Part shown: positions 26,941 through 39,700 of the stretch, piece by piece
Position numbering within the stretch: position 1 is the stretch's first letter
Layout of the letters: each line of letters opens with the position of its first letter
Assembly (NCBI GenBank): GCA_030265395.1
Contig: JARFYF010000051.1
Coordinates: forward strand, 29,014,237 to 29,078,236
DNA: 64,000 nucleotides
Reading direction: 5' to 3'
From: Rhina ancylostomus
Lineage: Eukaryota
Program-made: the position numbers and the translations under genes
Notes under the pieces: generated by a model
What the model was told of the DNA's origin: nothing
The model's input: the letters and a program-made list of their open reading frames with translations, nothing else
The model's database searches: none

Positions 26941-28297
26941 AACAGCATTATCCCTTTTTACACCTGCAACCTCTAAGCAGCTCTACCATGCTCTTTCCTG
27001 ATTTCTGCAATTATTTCATTTGTTAAACTACTGAAATCTTTAGTGCTAAACTTTTGCTGAGGGTGTTAAGCCTCTTGTTTTATGCCATGGGACTAATGGA
27101 GATGTGTTGGTCACCTTCTGGTCTTCATGAAATTCACTGGAATTTAACAAGTTCACCTTGTCCTAATTAAAATTTACCTCTGCTGCCTGTGTTGATGGCT
27201 AAAATTGCCATTTAAAAAAAAACTCTCTTTGCCATCTTTTCCCCATCTGATCGTTCTCTCCCAAGTTTTACCTTTGGTCTTTGTAATTTGCACTATGCTG
27301 GTCATTCTGGCAGGGGATAAGAAGAGTTCTGAGGGGGTGACGGGGTGTTGAGGGGAAGGCAGTGGCTGGGTTACAGGTGCTGATTGGATGAAGGGATGCA
27401 TGGTGGTGAGGAGAAGGTTCCAGCAAAGATGCAGGCAAATTTGAAGGATGAAATTAAGGGAGATTTAGGGTAGAAATTGCTAAAGTTTGGGCTTTGGCAT
27501 CTAAAGGTATAACCGACAATACTGAAGAAATCAAAAATGTCGAAAAGGCCAGAACTGGAAAGAGCAACATGCCTCAGGGCTAAAAAACTAGAGGGAAGAG
27601 AAAGGGAGGGGCAAGACTATGGTGCAAATTAAAAGGATGAAATTTTTTAAAATCAAGCTTCTTTTAAACTCTGAGGCAATGCAAGTCAATCTGAACAAGG
27701 TAGATGGATTAATAAGACAGTTTCATGTGAGATGACAAAGGTCACCTTGTTCTCAAACGTGACACCAAGATTGGAAGCAGTCTGTTTCGCTGGAGAGATA
27801 AAGCAGATGGCAAGTGAACATAGTTTGCAGTGGAAACTGAAGACAATAGCTCTGATCTTTATGATATTTAGCATATTTGTGCTAATTCAATACTAGAACA
27901 ATTAGGGACAGTAAAGAGTCAATGGAGATTACAGTATTATAGCTGGATATCTTCTGAGTGCCTGTGGAAATTGATGCAGTGCTTACATGCATCCTTGCAG
28001 GTCAAGGAATAAGATCTAGATGAAAAGTAACAGGCAGCCATCTTTGAGGAAAGCCAGAAGTCATGTTGGAGTTGGAATAGAAGGCACTGCAAGTGGCTCT
28101 TTGGATATGACTTGACAGATTACAGATGAGGGTGATTTCAACTAGTGTAGAGACAGTAGGACAGGAGAGTGTGGTCAACCATGTTAAAGCATGCAGATGG
28201 AATGAGGACAAAGAGAGATAGAGAACCTTCATACAGATCATTAATGGCTTTGTTCAGAGCTGTTTCAATCCTGTAGCAGTAGCAGAATATTAACTAA

Positions 28298-28475
28298 ATT
28301 TTTTATTTAAATTTTATTTACAGCGTGGTAACACACCCTTCCGACCCCATGAGTCCGCACTGCCCATTTTAAACCCATGTTAACCTACCCGTAGTATGTC
28401 TTTGGAATGTGGGAGGAAACCGGAGCACCCAGAGGAAACCCACGCAGACACGGGAGAACATACAAACTCCTTACA
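28298..28475 (-). mobile_element. Young tRNA-derived SINE (HE1/V-SINE-like), truncated by a gap
   Basis: Conserved V-SINE core tgtgggaggaaaccggagcacccagaggaaacccacgcagacacgggagaac with CpGs retained; T-rich tail on the plus strand. Confidence 0.8.
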
Positions 28476-29204
28476 NNNNNNNNNNNNNNNNNNNNNNNNN
28501 NNNNNNNNNNNNNNNNNNNNNNNNNNNNNNNNNNNNNNNNNNNNNNNNNNNNNNNNNNNNNNNNNNNNNNNNNNNGCTTGTAGCAAAACTTTGGAGAGGA
28601 AAAGGAAATTGGAGATGATGTTATCTTTTGCAAGTCAGTGAGGTCGAGCATTGTGCTTTTTTTTTTGAGGACTGTAATGATGATAAGAGAGAAAACTGTT
28701 AATGATATCACTGAACAAGGGGTGGTATAGAAAATTGGGTCAGCATCTCAGAAACAATAGGATCAAGGCTGCAGGTCACATGGATAGAATGAGCTTGGAG
28801 AAAACATGAGGGGAAATGGGAGAGAACTAGAGAAAGATGAGATGACAGCTAGGGCATTTAGAAAACTTAGATGTTCAGCCCAGTGGCAAGAGTAAGGGAA
28901 GTAATAGACAAAGTTAATTGGGTGGTGTTGGTTTGTGACAAAGAACTATGGAAAGTCCTCGCACTTGATGTTGGATGTGAATGTGCAGCACAGAAGGGAG
29001 ACTGTCTGCATTACTGCAAAAAGCTGAGGGTTATTTTTCACACAAGGATGTTAAGAAGAGTGAGCAATTTTGGCAAATGAGAACACGGTCTGATAATTCT
29101 GTTGTCCAGCCTAATCTGAAGATAAACCAAGTCTGATGCTCTTGGATACGAGAGGGCAATAATAAGGATGTCGTCAGGGTGATACAGAACAATAAATTAA
29201 GGAT

Positions 29205-29350
29205 AGAAAATCCTCAAAATAATCAGCAGATTAGCAGCATCTGTGAAAATAGAAACAGTGTTGACATTTCAGTTCAATGACCTTACATCAGAACTAGTCA
29301 GTTGCCACCTGAGCTTTGAGTGATTCAAACATTCTTTGTTACCAGTTTCC
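29205..29350 (-). mobile_element. Degenerate Penelope-terminus fragment with decayed hammerhead
   Basis: Minus strand GTT-CTGATGT-AAGGTCATTGAACT-GAAAT-GTC-AAC, followed by the acagatgctgct motif shared with the other copies. Confidence 0.6.
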
Positions 29351-29826
29351 GCAGTACTGTTGTTTGGGAGAGAGCAAAGTGATGTTAATGGGGGCCAGGG
29401 AATCAGTGGTGGAGGTTACGGTGTGGTTGAGCAAATCAATAACCAGTAGCATGGCAATGTTAGACTAATGGCTATATGGTTGAATTGGGAATGAAGTAGG
29501 AGAGACTAATCCTAAATTGTCAGGTTTCAGAAGTCTCTTTTATGGGAGAAAAAATTTCTGACAATCCACCTGATATATGCCTCTGATAACTTTGTATACT
29601 CTATCAGATCCCCCACCATCACCACCCCCCAACCCCTCAGCCTCTTCTGCTCCAAAGAAAACACATCCAGCCTATCCAATCTCTCTCCATAGCTGAAAAG
29701 TTCCATCCCACAATTGACAATGAGTTTTTTTGTTTAGATTGAAAGAACATGATAATATCATTCCCATAACAAATTTACAGTATAAAATCCAGTTTTAATT
29801 ATAAAATAATCAAAGACGGCATGTAC

Positions 29827-29952
29827 CTTCACTGTCCCATCATTGGAGCAGCTGGCTAGATATTGGTCATCAGGAGAAAAACTGCAATGGTTAACAGGTT
29901 CCCCATGGCCAAACAGAGTGTTTTTACAGCTGGTCCCCTTCAGGTCCCATGT
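29827..29952 (-). CDS. APAF1: APAF1 coding exon (human exon 16 equivalent; WD40)
   Basis: tag|TWDLKGTSCKNTLFGHGEPVNHCSFSPDDQYLASCSNDGTVK|gtacat; 126 nt. Confidence 0.95.
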
Positions 29953-31199
29953 CTATAAAATAGAACATAATAACAAGTGATTGGATTGAAAATGAAGAAA
30001 AATATCTCTTATTCCTACTTTGTACTCCATCCCTTAACCTTGAGAGACTGATCAATTGCATCTATAATCATATTTTTCTTTTTGAAATAAATTGGTCAGG
30101 CTTGCACAAGACTTGTGGTAAATTTCACGACCAGCTTACAACAGCAAGATAAAGTTGTACAATGCCCTCACAAAGATAAATTTCAGAGACAAAGTTGTAA
30201 CTGTAGCACACTTCAATGACTCAAAAGGCAAACATTGCAGTGATCTGGAAAATGCTCAATGCAACAAGCAAAATATCTCAATATTAAACTATATTTAATA
30301 TTAAAAGATGTACAACACAATGGAAACATATCAAAGATTACATGGATAAATACATCAAGCAAGTACTTGCATAACCTGGGAGTAAAAATCTCACCAACTC
30401 TCCACCAAAATTAGCTTTAATAACCAACTTCAGAGCATCTGGCTGGTACAGTAAATACCCTGTAGATATCAACACCATGTAAAGCTGAAGCAGCAACAGA
30501 CATGAAGCATTTTAGATGCATGTACCTAAAATACTCCTTTGAACACAATTTACCAAAAGTACTGTCCTATCAATCAAAAACATTGGATTGTTTAATATTA
30601 CTTTCTTGATCTATTAATTCAAACAATTGCACTGCAGGCTTTAGTGCTTTTCTATTACTCTATTTCAATTTGAATATCCATCTTGTCAGTTTAATGTCCA
30701 CATCAATTATAATAATAGTAGCTGGGGGCACACTTAAGTCATGGTTCTTGACAACATAAAAGCAGTCAATAAACATGAATTTAGAATGGATAGATCCAAA
30801 TTAAAATCCCTGATTATTTTTTATGAAAGTGGTATCCCAAAGGGATACGATTTGGTGCATTCTGATCTCAACTTAAAACTTTTAATAAAGACCATCACTG
30901 AGGATGAAAGCAGTGGGAATTCAAGGCAAAATTTGGAAGGAGATAAGATATTAGCTACAAGAAAGGCAATTGCAGGAATTTTACTGCACTTACTGGTTGG
31001 GAAGGACTGAGAGGACTGATCCCATTTCTAAACTCAGACCTCCCCTATCCCTCACCTACATTAAAGACGGGTACAAAGGCCCAATACAACTGGCTCAAGT
31101 TTTCAAAAGGTATTAAGTTAGATTGCCGACAACTTAAACTTACATATAATAGAAAAATATCCGAATGTGCTTCAAAGGTAAAAAAAAATCCAGTAAAAG

Positions 31200-33060
31200 G
31201 CACTGAAAACTTCCCAAAGCTTCAAGGCTGATAAATCAACCATGATTAATGATACCATCAACTCTGTCCTGAGGACCTAGTCTCTTAGACCAAACTCTCA
31301 TCAAACCAACAACACAAAGGAGACCTGACTACCAATTAAGAAATGAAGAGTACAGNNNNNNNNNNCATCAAATCCTGAGAGCACAACAGCCAAAGTTCTG
31401 AAGACTGAGGGGGAGAAACAATGGTAAACAAAATCTATTTGCTATTCCTTAAAATCTGGCTCACTGTAGAAATCTCATTCAGTTATGAATATCATCGTCC
31501 TTTTTAAAAAGGGAAACAAGGCTGCCTGTGACAACCATTACGTCTCCTTGTTTGTAGAAGATATGCTCTCTGGAGAAGATATACTCCCAGAGTCCCATAG
31601 TAGTTTCATGAGGCACCNNNNNNNNNNNNNNNNNNNNNNNNNNNNNNNNNNNNNNNNNNNNNNNNNNNNNNNNNNNNNNNNNNNNNNNNNNNNNNNNNNN
31701 NNNNNNNNNNNNNNNNNTAGTAGTTTCATGAGGCACCTTTACATGAGTTTCTTAGCCAGGCTGATCCAGCAGTGGTTCAAGAACAACTGAAGTTCTACAT
31801 GGTCTTCAGTGATCGGACCAAAACCTTTGACTGTTAATTTCCACAGATCCTTATGACTACATCAGAGTTTGGCTATCCAAATGGATTTATCACCATTGTA
31901 AAACTTCTCCAAGATGGCCTTCCATCTTGTACTCTACCTGAGTCCTTTGCCTCCTGAGCGGGTGAAAAACCGATTGTGTTTTGACACCCACGCTTTTCTC
32001 CAGCCATGCAAACACTGTGTAATACCATATGCTACAGGGCAACAGGATCAAATGTCAGACAAATGGCAATCCCTTCAACATCTCTCACCTCTGTGCTAGA
32101 ACTAATGTAACATTGGCATTAGCAATGGAATGCCAGTTTGCAGATGATTATATTGTAGGAACACATTCAAAGACAGACCTACAAGCAACCCTTTACTTCT
32201 CAGAAGCTTAAAAAAACCTAAGGCTAACACTGAGCATCAGCAAAACAGAAATTCGTGGCCGGCCTGTCCCTTGTCAATCATCACACCTGCAATTGCATCA
32301 AGGAATTGGAAAGTGTAGAACACTTTGACGACCTTGCAACCATCACTCCTGCAGGGTAAGTACAGATGCTTAGATTCAGCACAGAATCCATTGAGCCAGA
32401 CTTGCCTTCAGCAGTCTATCTCGTCAAGCATTCAATAACCATAAATTCAGTGCACTTTTTAGCTTATAAGCAATAAGAGTCCCAACTCTCCAATAAGGCT
32501 GCAAGACTTGGGTGACCTTTAGAACACACCTGAAACAGCTGAAATGTCACCACTAGTAGTTTCTTCAAAAGTTCCTCAACATGAACTGGGAGGTTGCTGC
32601 ACCAATGTCAGTGTGCACTCAGAACCCAAAATCTTTTTGTGTTGTATGACCCCTGATAATCCAGCATCCACTGAGATGGGGCAGACAAATGAAGCCACCC
32701 TGCTCAAAATGACTGTTGAATACCCAAAGCACCAAAGGAAACAGAAAAGCCAAACAAGAAGCTTTAAAAATACTCTGAAGACAAACTTCAAGAGATACAG
32801 CATAGATATTGCACAATGGGAGACAGCAGCCTTTATTAAACTAAGATATGTCAGAGAAGGAGCAACTCACTTAAAAGAAAAATCATCTCACTCTGGTTGC
32901 GGATAAACATGAGAATAGAAAGGAAAGATGTCCTATCTCATGTCCTAATCCTGACAAGGTCTAACAAGGTCTGCCAATGCATCTGCAGCTCCAGGAAGTG
33001 ATATCTCAGGCCTGTAAGAAAATTGCAAAAGAGATTGTCCTCCAGAGCAATTGATCGCTG
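31200..33060 (+). mobile_element. RTE-clade LINE remnant
   Basis: IIVLFKKGNKAACDNH, ECQFADD and QTRSFKNTLKTNFKRYSIDIAQWETAA match RTE ORF motifs. Confidence 0.75.
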
Positions 33061-33270
33061 TGATCAACAACTGTCTGGTTAGAACTCAGTTGATTGCTGG
33101 GTAAAAGGTCCACACAGTAACATAAAACAACACATTTACAACAGGATAATACTTGTGGTATTACATGTTAAAACACTTATTGCAAATCAGTATTTCTCAT
33201 CATGAGCAGCACTAATACAATAACAATGTGTCTTCTTTGTAAAAGACACCAAACCCAAAAAATAACTTAC

Positions 33271-33402
33271 TTTAACAAGGGTATCATTGGAGCACGTTGC
33301 TAACATCATCTTATGCTGCGAATGTGAAAACTGACAACAATTGACTTGTTCTTGATGTTCATGGTATGTGTGAATTAATTGTCCAGTTATTGAATTCCAG
33401 AT
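33271..33402 (-). CDS. APAF1: APAF1 coding exon (human exon 15 equivalent; WD40)
   Basis: tag|IWNSITGQLIHTYHEHQEQVNCCQFSHSQHKMMLATCSNDTLVK|gtaagt; 132 nt. Confidence 0.95.
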
Positions 33403-33534
33403 CTACAGAGAAAATATTTTATTTAGCTGTTAAGTAGAGAAATATCATTAATAGAAAGACTAATATGTGCCATTCTTCAAGCCACTTATTTAAATAACTA
33501 ATTGAAGATATAATACAAAAAACACATCTGCCAG

Positions 33535-33668
33535 AGACTCAAGAGACTGCTGATACTGGAATGTGGAGTGACAGACAGTCCTGACAGAGTTTCAACCTGG
33601 AACATCAACAGTTTCTTTCCCCCCCACAGCTGCTGCTTGACCTGCTGAGTTCCTCCAGCAGATTGTTG
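33535..33668. mobile_element. Short Penelope-derived insert with ~15-bp TSD
   Basis: PLE terminal motifs in two orientations, flanked by aaacacatctgccag (33520-33534) and aaacacatcgtccag (33669-33683). Confidence 0.7.
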
Positions 33669-33702
33669 AAACACATCGTCCAGTTTTGCTGATATCTCTT
33701 AC

Positions 33703-33828
33703 CTTAACTTTTGTATCCGATGAACATGTGGCAACAAGTTTGTCATCTGGTGAAAATGCACAGCACAGCACTTCATCATCATGTGCAATAACCTCCAAAA
33801 GTTTCTCACCAGACTCGCTTTTAAAAAT
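33703..33828 (-). CDS. APAF1: APAF1 coding exon (human exon 14 equivalent; WD40)
   Basis: cag|IFKSESGEKLLEVIAHDDEVLCCAFSPDDKLVATCSSDTKVK|gtaaga; 126 nt. Confidence 0.96.
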
Positions 33829-34482
33829 CTGTGAAACAATTTTTAAAAAATGTTGAAACAAAAGATTTCCTTCCCAGTATTTGTTTCAAGAACTTAACCA
33901 TGCATCACACACGACCTTTAAGGTGCACCTAGAAAAATTTGTAGGAGGCAGTTTAAAAATGTTCCAAGAATAGTTGTGGATTTTATATTCCCAACACCTG
34001 ACTGAAAAGATTAACATCCCCCGAACCAGTAGTTTTTGAGTCCTCCCATGGATAAGTGAAGTACTGTACCATTCTGAACTTGCAGATGTGATGATGAGCC
34101 TTTTATTCTATTACAACTTCCTCATGGAAGCATAAATTTCATTTTGAAAACCAGGTAAATGATAATTCAGTAGTGATCTTACGAGTGAACACTTTGATGG
34201 CATCAAAGGGAAAAAAATTCAAAAGGTTACTTTTAATTGCAGGATGGGAAGTGTAACTTCCTGCTAGTCTTTTCCTTTCTATTTTGTGACACAACTATAA
34301 ATATGGTTGGTGGTTATACAAAAGGTGATAATGATTAAAACAATAGAAAAAAATAACAAAAAGCATGATGTTTAGAAATTAAAGATATCAAAGAATTATT
34401 GTAGAATTAATATTCTGTTTCTTATACCTTTCAGCACAATAATGGGATAATTTACGGATGAAGTGTTTAACTATTTGCTTAC

Positions 34483-34609
34483 CTGTAATGTTTTATCTGC
34501 TCCACAAGAAGCAATCTTCAATCCATCATGAGAAAAACAGGCACAAAAAACGGCATCACAGTGAAGTTGAACAACAAGCCGTGATGAGTTCTGCAAGGTG
34601 GTCTTGTTT
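34483..34609 (-). CDS. APAF1: APAF1 coding exon (human exon 13 equivalent; first WD40 repeat)
   Basis: tag|(I)NKTTLQNSSRLVVQLHCDAVFCACFSHDGLKIASCGADKTLQ|gtaagc; 127 nt, phase matches the preceding exon. Confidence 0.94.
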
Positions 34610-36568
34610 CTATTATACGAAAATATTTGTTAACCTATATCCATGAAGGATAATGCTTAAAGCATATTGTTCCAGATATTTCTACATATTACAAAACAGA
34701 GCCACCTTAGTAACATAGAACATATGCAAATAAGAGTTGGATGGTTCAGAAGCATTTGCCCTCAGAAGGGCAAATGGCAAGCAAAGAATCACAACTAAGA
34801 GTGTGCTCCAGAGTTTATAAAGATTCTAGAACTATAGAAATGGAGGGTAGGGGGAGAGGAAGAAGAAAGAAAGTGCAAAAGTTGGAAAACAGAGGGTAAG
34901 CGTCAGCCCAGAGGACTGGAAGAGGTCACAGAGCAGTTGTAAAGGCATGGCTGATTTGTAGATGAATACTATGTTGGGGAGTAGCTAATGGGGTTTTCAA
35001 AGGTTGCAGTAAATGAAGAAAGATATAGGGTGAGGCAGAACAATCATAAAAGAGTTTTAGAAGTTGAAGTTTGAAAACCGGGCAAAGGAAACATTTCAGA
35101 CATCCAGTCTTCACCTGAATGGGAATTCTGGACTGAGTAGGAGGCAAAAAACAAGAAATTCTTTTATATTATTTTATATAAATCTATGAATGTCAGGGGC
35201 ATTTAAAAACTATTTAAAATCAGTTAAGGTTTTTGACAGGAGGCAAGATATGCCCAAGAATCACCTTTGATCAAAGTGTGTCTGCGTGTGGGGCTTCTGT
35301 GCTAGGCTGTCTGGGGTCTACTCGCAGCTGAGACCTTGCCATTCAGCTTGAAGGCACAGATGGACAGCAAGTTTGGCCCAATGCATCTGAACCAGGTGAG
35401 TGCAGACCTAGTCCAGGAAGATTCAGTCCAATGTTAAGGCCAGAGAGCTGCAAAATTCCCCATAAACAGATAAAGTTCTCTGGGCAATGAAAGTTTCATT
35501 GAAATAGTGTATAAACCCAGGAAGAGAATACTCACCAGAGTATAAATAAGGCAGCAAACTAAAGTTACAAGCATCTGGCTTGCACACATCAATTAAAATA
35601 TCTGATCCTTGTAGTATGTACATAAACACATAGAAATTACAGATAAAGTCACTTGTCCAGACAGTTCACATTAATGTTTATCCTTTATATATGCAGTCAT
35701 ACTAATTCCGAACAGTGGGTCTGTTCAATCAACCATCTGATCTATTTTTAATTATTGACATGTCTCTTGAGCTCACCAAAAATGTACTGTTCTCCACGCA
35801 CACTACATTATTCCCCAGCATCAATCAAAACATTGTGTAATCTCAAACTATTTGCTACAAAGTCAATTTGGCTGACATCATGCAATTCAATCATAGGAGC
35901 TGTTTTCCTCTGATGATAAAGAACAGATGCCAGGTTCAAGATATTACAACCACTTTAGATGTGCACTAGCAATATCTGATGACATCTCAACAGTCAATGT
36001 GTTACTGAGTTTAACACCCTCCAGCATGTGTGCTATTTATATAAACCTACATGCCAGACAACAACTGTTGAATGGAAAGGTGCCAGTGTATTGTATCACA
36101 ACTTATCCAATCTTAGTCAAAAACTGCAGACTATTTTAAAATAAACACAAGAGAAATACCTGCAGATGACAAGATTTCAAAATTTCAATTCACAGCATAA
36201 ACCATCACATTCATTAACAGACTGGGTAATCTTTGTTTCTGACTTAACAAGGGGATTTCATAAACAGAATATTTAGCATATTTCAAAAAAACTAAGACCC
36301 TAACCTAATGGAAAACTAATTAATTCAATTGTTACACTATTATACAATTTTCAGTTGATTAAATAGGAACGACTCAATGTTTTCAACTTATTTTAGATAA
36401 AATATAATGAAATTAAATCTCCATGGTAGCCCAAAAATACAGAAAGAAAATATATGAAGAGCAAATCCAGTAAGCCTCCATTCCACCTGAAGAATACAAA
36501 AGCAAAATCACAATGATATTAGTCGGTTAAGCAGACTTTCTGACATTATACCACTTTTGAATACTAAC

Positions 36569-36753
36569 ATCCATTCCAAGTAGACAGCTCCATTTTTGGC
36601 CTTTTCCACAGCCTTCAGTTTTGCCTGACGGTACACTTCAGAGGAGTCTGGCTGAGAAAGCCCCAACTGCACAATATCTGGAAAGGGTTTCTGCACCAGG
36701 AGATGGCCTTTCAAAGACAGGAATTCTTGAAAATTCTCCCGCACAGTACTGTT
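36569..36753 (-). CDS. APAF1: APAF1 coding exon (human exon 12 equivalent)
   Basis: tttacag|NSTVRENFQEFLSLKGHLLVQKPFPDIVQLGLSQPDSSEVYRQAKLKAVEKAKNGAVYLEW(I)|gttagt; 185 nt, ends in phase 2. Confidence 0.95.
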
Positions 36754-39700
36754 CTGTAAAAGAAATAGTACAACTTTAACTTGTGGTTCATCAGATCAAT
36801 CCATGTACAGACAGCTACTGTCATAACTGCCTGCACTTGCCATCTCAGGCCGGAAGGTATATAGATCAGCAAGATCCCTTGGATATCACCAATTTACCGA
36901 CCTTCTGACTGCTGTTCACTAGCAAAGCTGGTCCTTTGCCAAGCCACTGGGACTGAATCTTCCAGCTCTTGTGTCAATAGGTGGCCTCCTCAGTTAGTGA
37001 TCAGGCATCCACTGAGATGTGTTGGTGCACAAATCACTCAGTGGTGAGGCACCTCAGAACAGCAGGTTCAAGTCTCTACCTGATGGGATTAGAATTTGAG
37101 CTACATAATGCAAAAGGCCAGCAGCAAATACCATTTTATAAAGCATTTTAAATACTCAGCCAAAACAGCAAATCGCGAGACCCAAGTGAGACACAGTTGT
37201 GCAATCTAATGAGATCCCACACACATCCTCACGTGCAAGAAAGAGATAAGATAACATTGGAATTTCAACTTTTTTTTTCATATCAAGTATTTTAAGTCTG
37301 AATCATCAAGACCAATGAAACTCAATTTTACACAGGCAACTTAAATAATCAACTGTTTGAACTACTTTAAAACACCTCATAAATCCATGGAGAGTGAAGG
37401 TTAGGAAAGGGACCCCTATCAGAATTGCAGCTTAAACTTAGAGTCAATGAGAAGGGACGCAGACACCACCACCCAGGAGAAACTATACAAACACCACCAC
37501 CAATTTGCAGCTGCCACGCCAGGTAGGGTACGGAGAATGTCATGGGGCGGGCGTCTCAAAAATCAGAGGACGGTTATCTAATGCTTTATGGAATGCTGCA
37601 AATTTCTCACTTTTTTATTTTGCATTTGTAGCATGCATTGGAATCATTACTCTGCCAACTATGTTTGGCAGGGTCAGCCAGATGGATTTAGTTGGAATTC
37701 AGCAGGTCTGCCAAGGTTTGCTAGGTGAAACATCCTGTGGCTGCAACCATATAGTGAATGCCGGATGGACATTGGTTTGGATAATCCAGCCCAAAAGCCA
37801 GACATACTGTGATTTCCAAAATGTTAAATATTCTGTATTGCAAATTGCTATGAATGCCATATTATTAGAGATATGATTAGTATCTCCTAACAAGGCAGTG
37901 TCATAAAGTTCTTTATAACAATTTCCTCCCAACCTCTCAATGGTCCTTGCTAAATATCTGTTCACGTCCTTGTCTACCTTGCAGCTGAAACACTGACAAG
38001 AAACTTTCTATAAATAATAAACCACCATGTCAAAGGGAATGATCTGTATAAAATAAACTAAATGGATGAGACTATGGACCACTGAAAAAGATGTCTCCAC
38101 AGTTTACATTTGAAATTGCTGTTATTGGTGAAAATATTAATAAAGGATGTTTTTAAAAAGATGGAAAAGTACAAATAAAACTAATCAAAATCATATGATT
38201 GTCAAAGAGCTGGAAATATTAGCAACCTTCTTGTGAATTTAATTGTGTTCTTCTTTTAATAGATGTGTGGAATAACTTTCTACAAAACAATACATTGTTA
38301 ATCTCTTAAAAACAGGATGAATATATGGTTAAGAACATGACTGAAGTCTGTAAGTATTAACTGCAGAGGAAAAGTGAAATATTTAATTGGTATTTGGCTT
38401 TCATCTTTCAGATCCAAGCTCAAATTCAGTCAAGCCTGACAAAATCTCTCTTATATCCATGTGAAATAAATTAAGATCATTCAACTAAATTCTTAATGAG
38501 CTATGGCCCATGTCACAAAATAGCACACAACAGAAAACTGCTCCTGCACATCAATGATTATCCATTTCAGTCAGGGAGGCTATAAGATGACAAGCATTGG
38601 GAAGGAAAATTATATGGATAAATCGGAAGTCCTCTTTGGGCACTAGGGCTAGCTAAAATGTTAGGCAGATTAGAGGGAATTAAACTCACAATAACTGAAA
38701 CAGAAGCACTCATGAATGACACTGGAGACAAAAAAAAGGAAATAATCCCAATACTAATATTTTCAATTTATACAAAATTCACCAACTATACGCAATCAAT
38801 TAAATGCTCTGTGACAGAGGTGATCAATTTGTAGCTCTTGAACCACTTGGTATTCAAGCTCTGTCAATGTGGACCTTGAGACTTATTTATGCTAATACTT
38901 ATTTGTCAGGTTGATTCATTTGTCATTTGAAAAGCACTGCTTTCAGCACCACTGCCTTGCAGGCAAATAAGTACCAAATCAAAACAGATATGTTAGTATA
39001 TGCAACCTGAGACTTANNNNNNNNNNAGAGGAATATTGGTTTAAACCCTTGGTAATGATGAGGTCAAAGAAGGAGCCAGCTGTAAGAAACAACAGATTAC
39101 TTGTTACTGAGACAGACCTTGAATGAATCACAACTGAAATGCAAATTGTCAGAGAATACATTAATATCCAACAATTTTGCTTAATCGTGATCAATGCTGA
39201 GATGAACAATCACATGTAACTTCCTGAAGCATTTACTTGTGGTCAATTTTCATTCTTAGGGCAGAAAGACAACTAATTGTAGATGACCCAAAGAGGGAAT
39301 GCGATTGATTGGTTGAATGGCTTTCTTTATTAGTTATTTTATTCTTATTGTATTAGTAACCAAAGCAAATACTTACTTCCCTGATTCCAGGATGGCAGAG
39401 AAATGAAAAGCACAATGCCACTGATATTTTTAAGAATTACGGTAGTTAAAATGATGTTAGATCTTAACACTGAAAACACAGTTTAATGTTACTTAAGCTT
39501 ATAGATTAAGACATACTCTAATCATGCTTTTTTATTCAATAATTGAAAGCTATTGTGAACTGCATTTTTCAACTCTATCAGTCACTTTAGATATCAACAG
39601 CTTGCTGCATTTATATATTGAATCATAATGCAAAGAAACGTGAATATTCTAAGGAGAGTATTATCAAATAAGAAAATGTAACAAAAGCACAAAAAAAATA

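Larger units (their letters stand above)
27400..29480 (-). mobile_element. Old L2-like LINE remnant
   Basis: The fragment SNLGVTFENKVTF resembles L2 RNLGVxFDxxLxF; purine-rich plus strand. Interrupted by SINE and PLE inserts. Confidence 0.45.
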
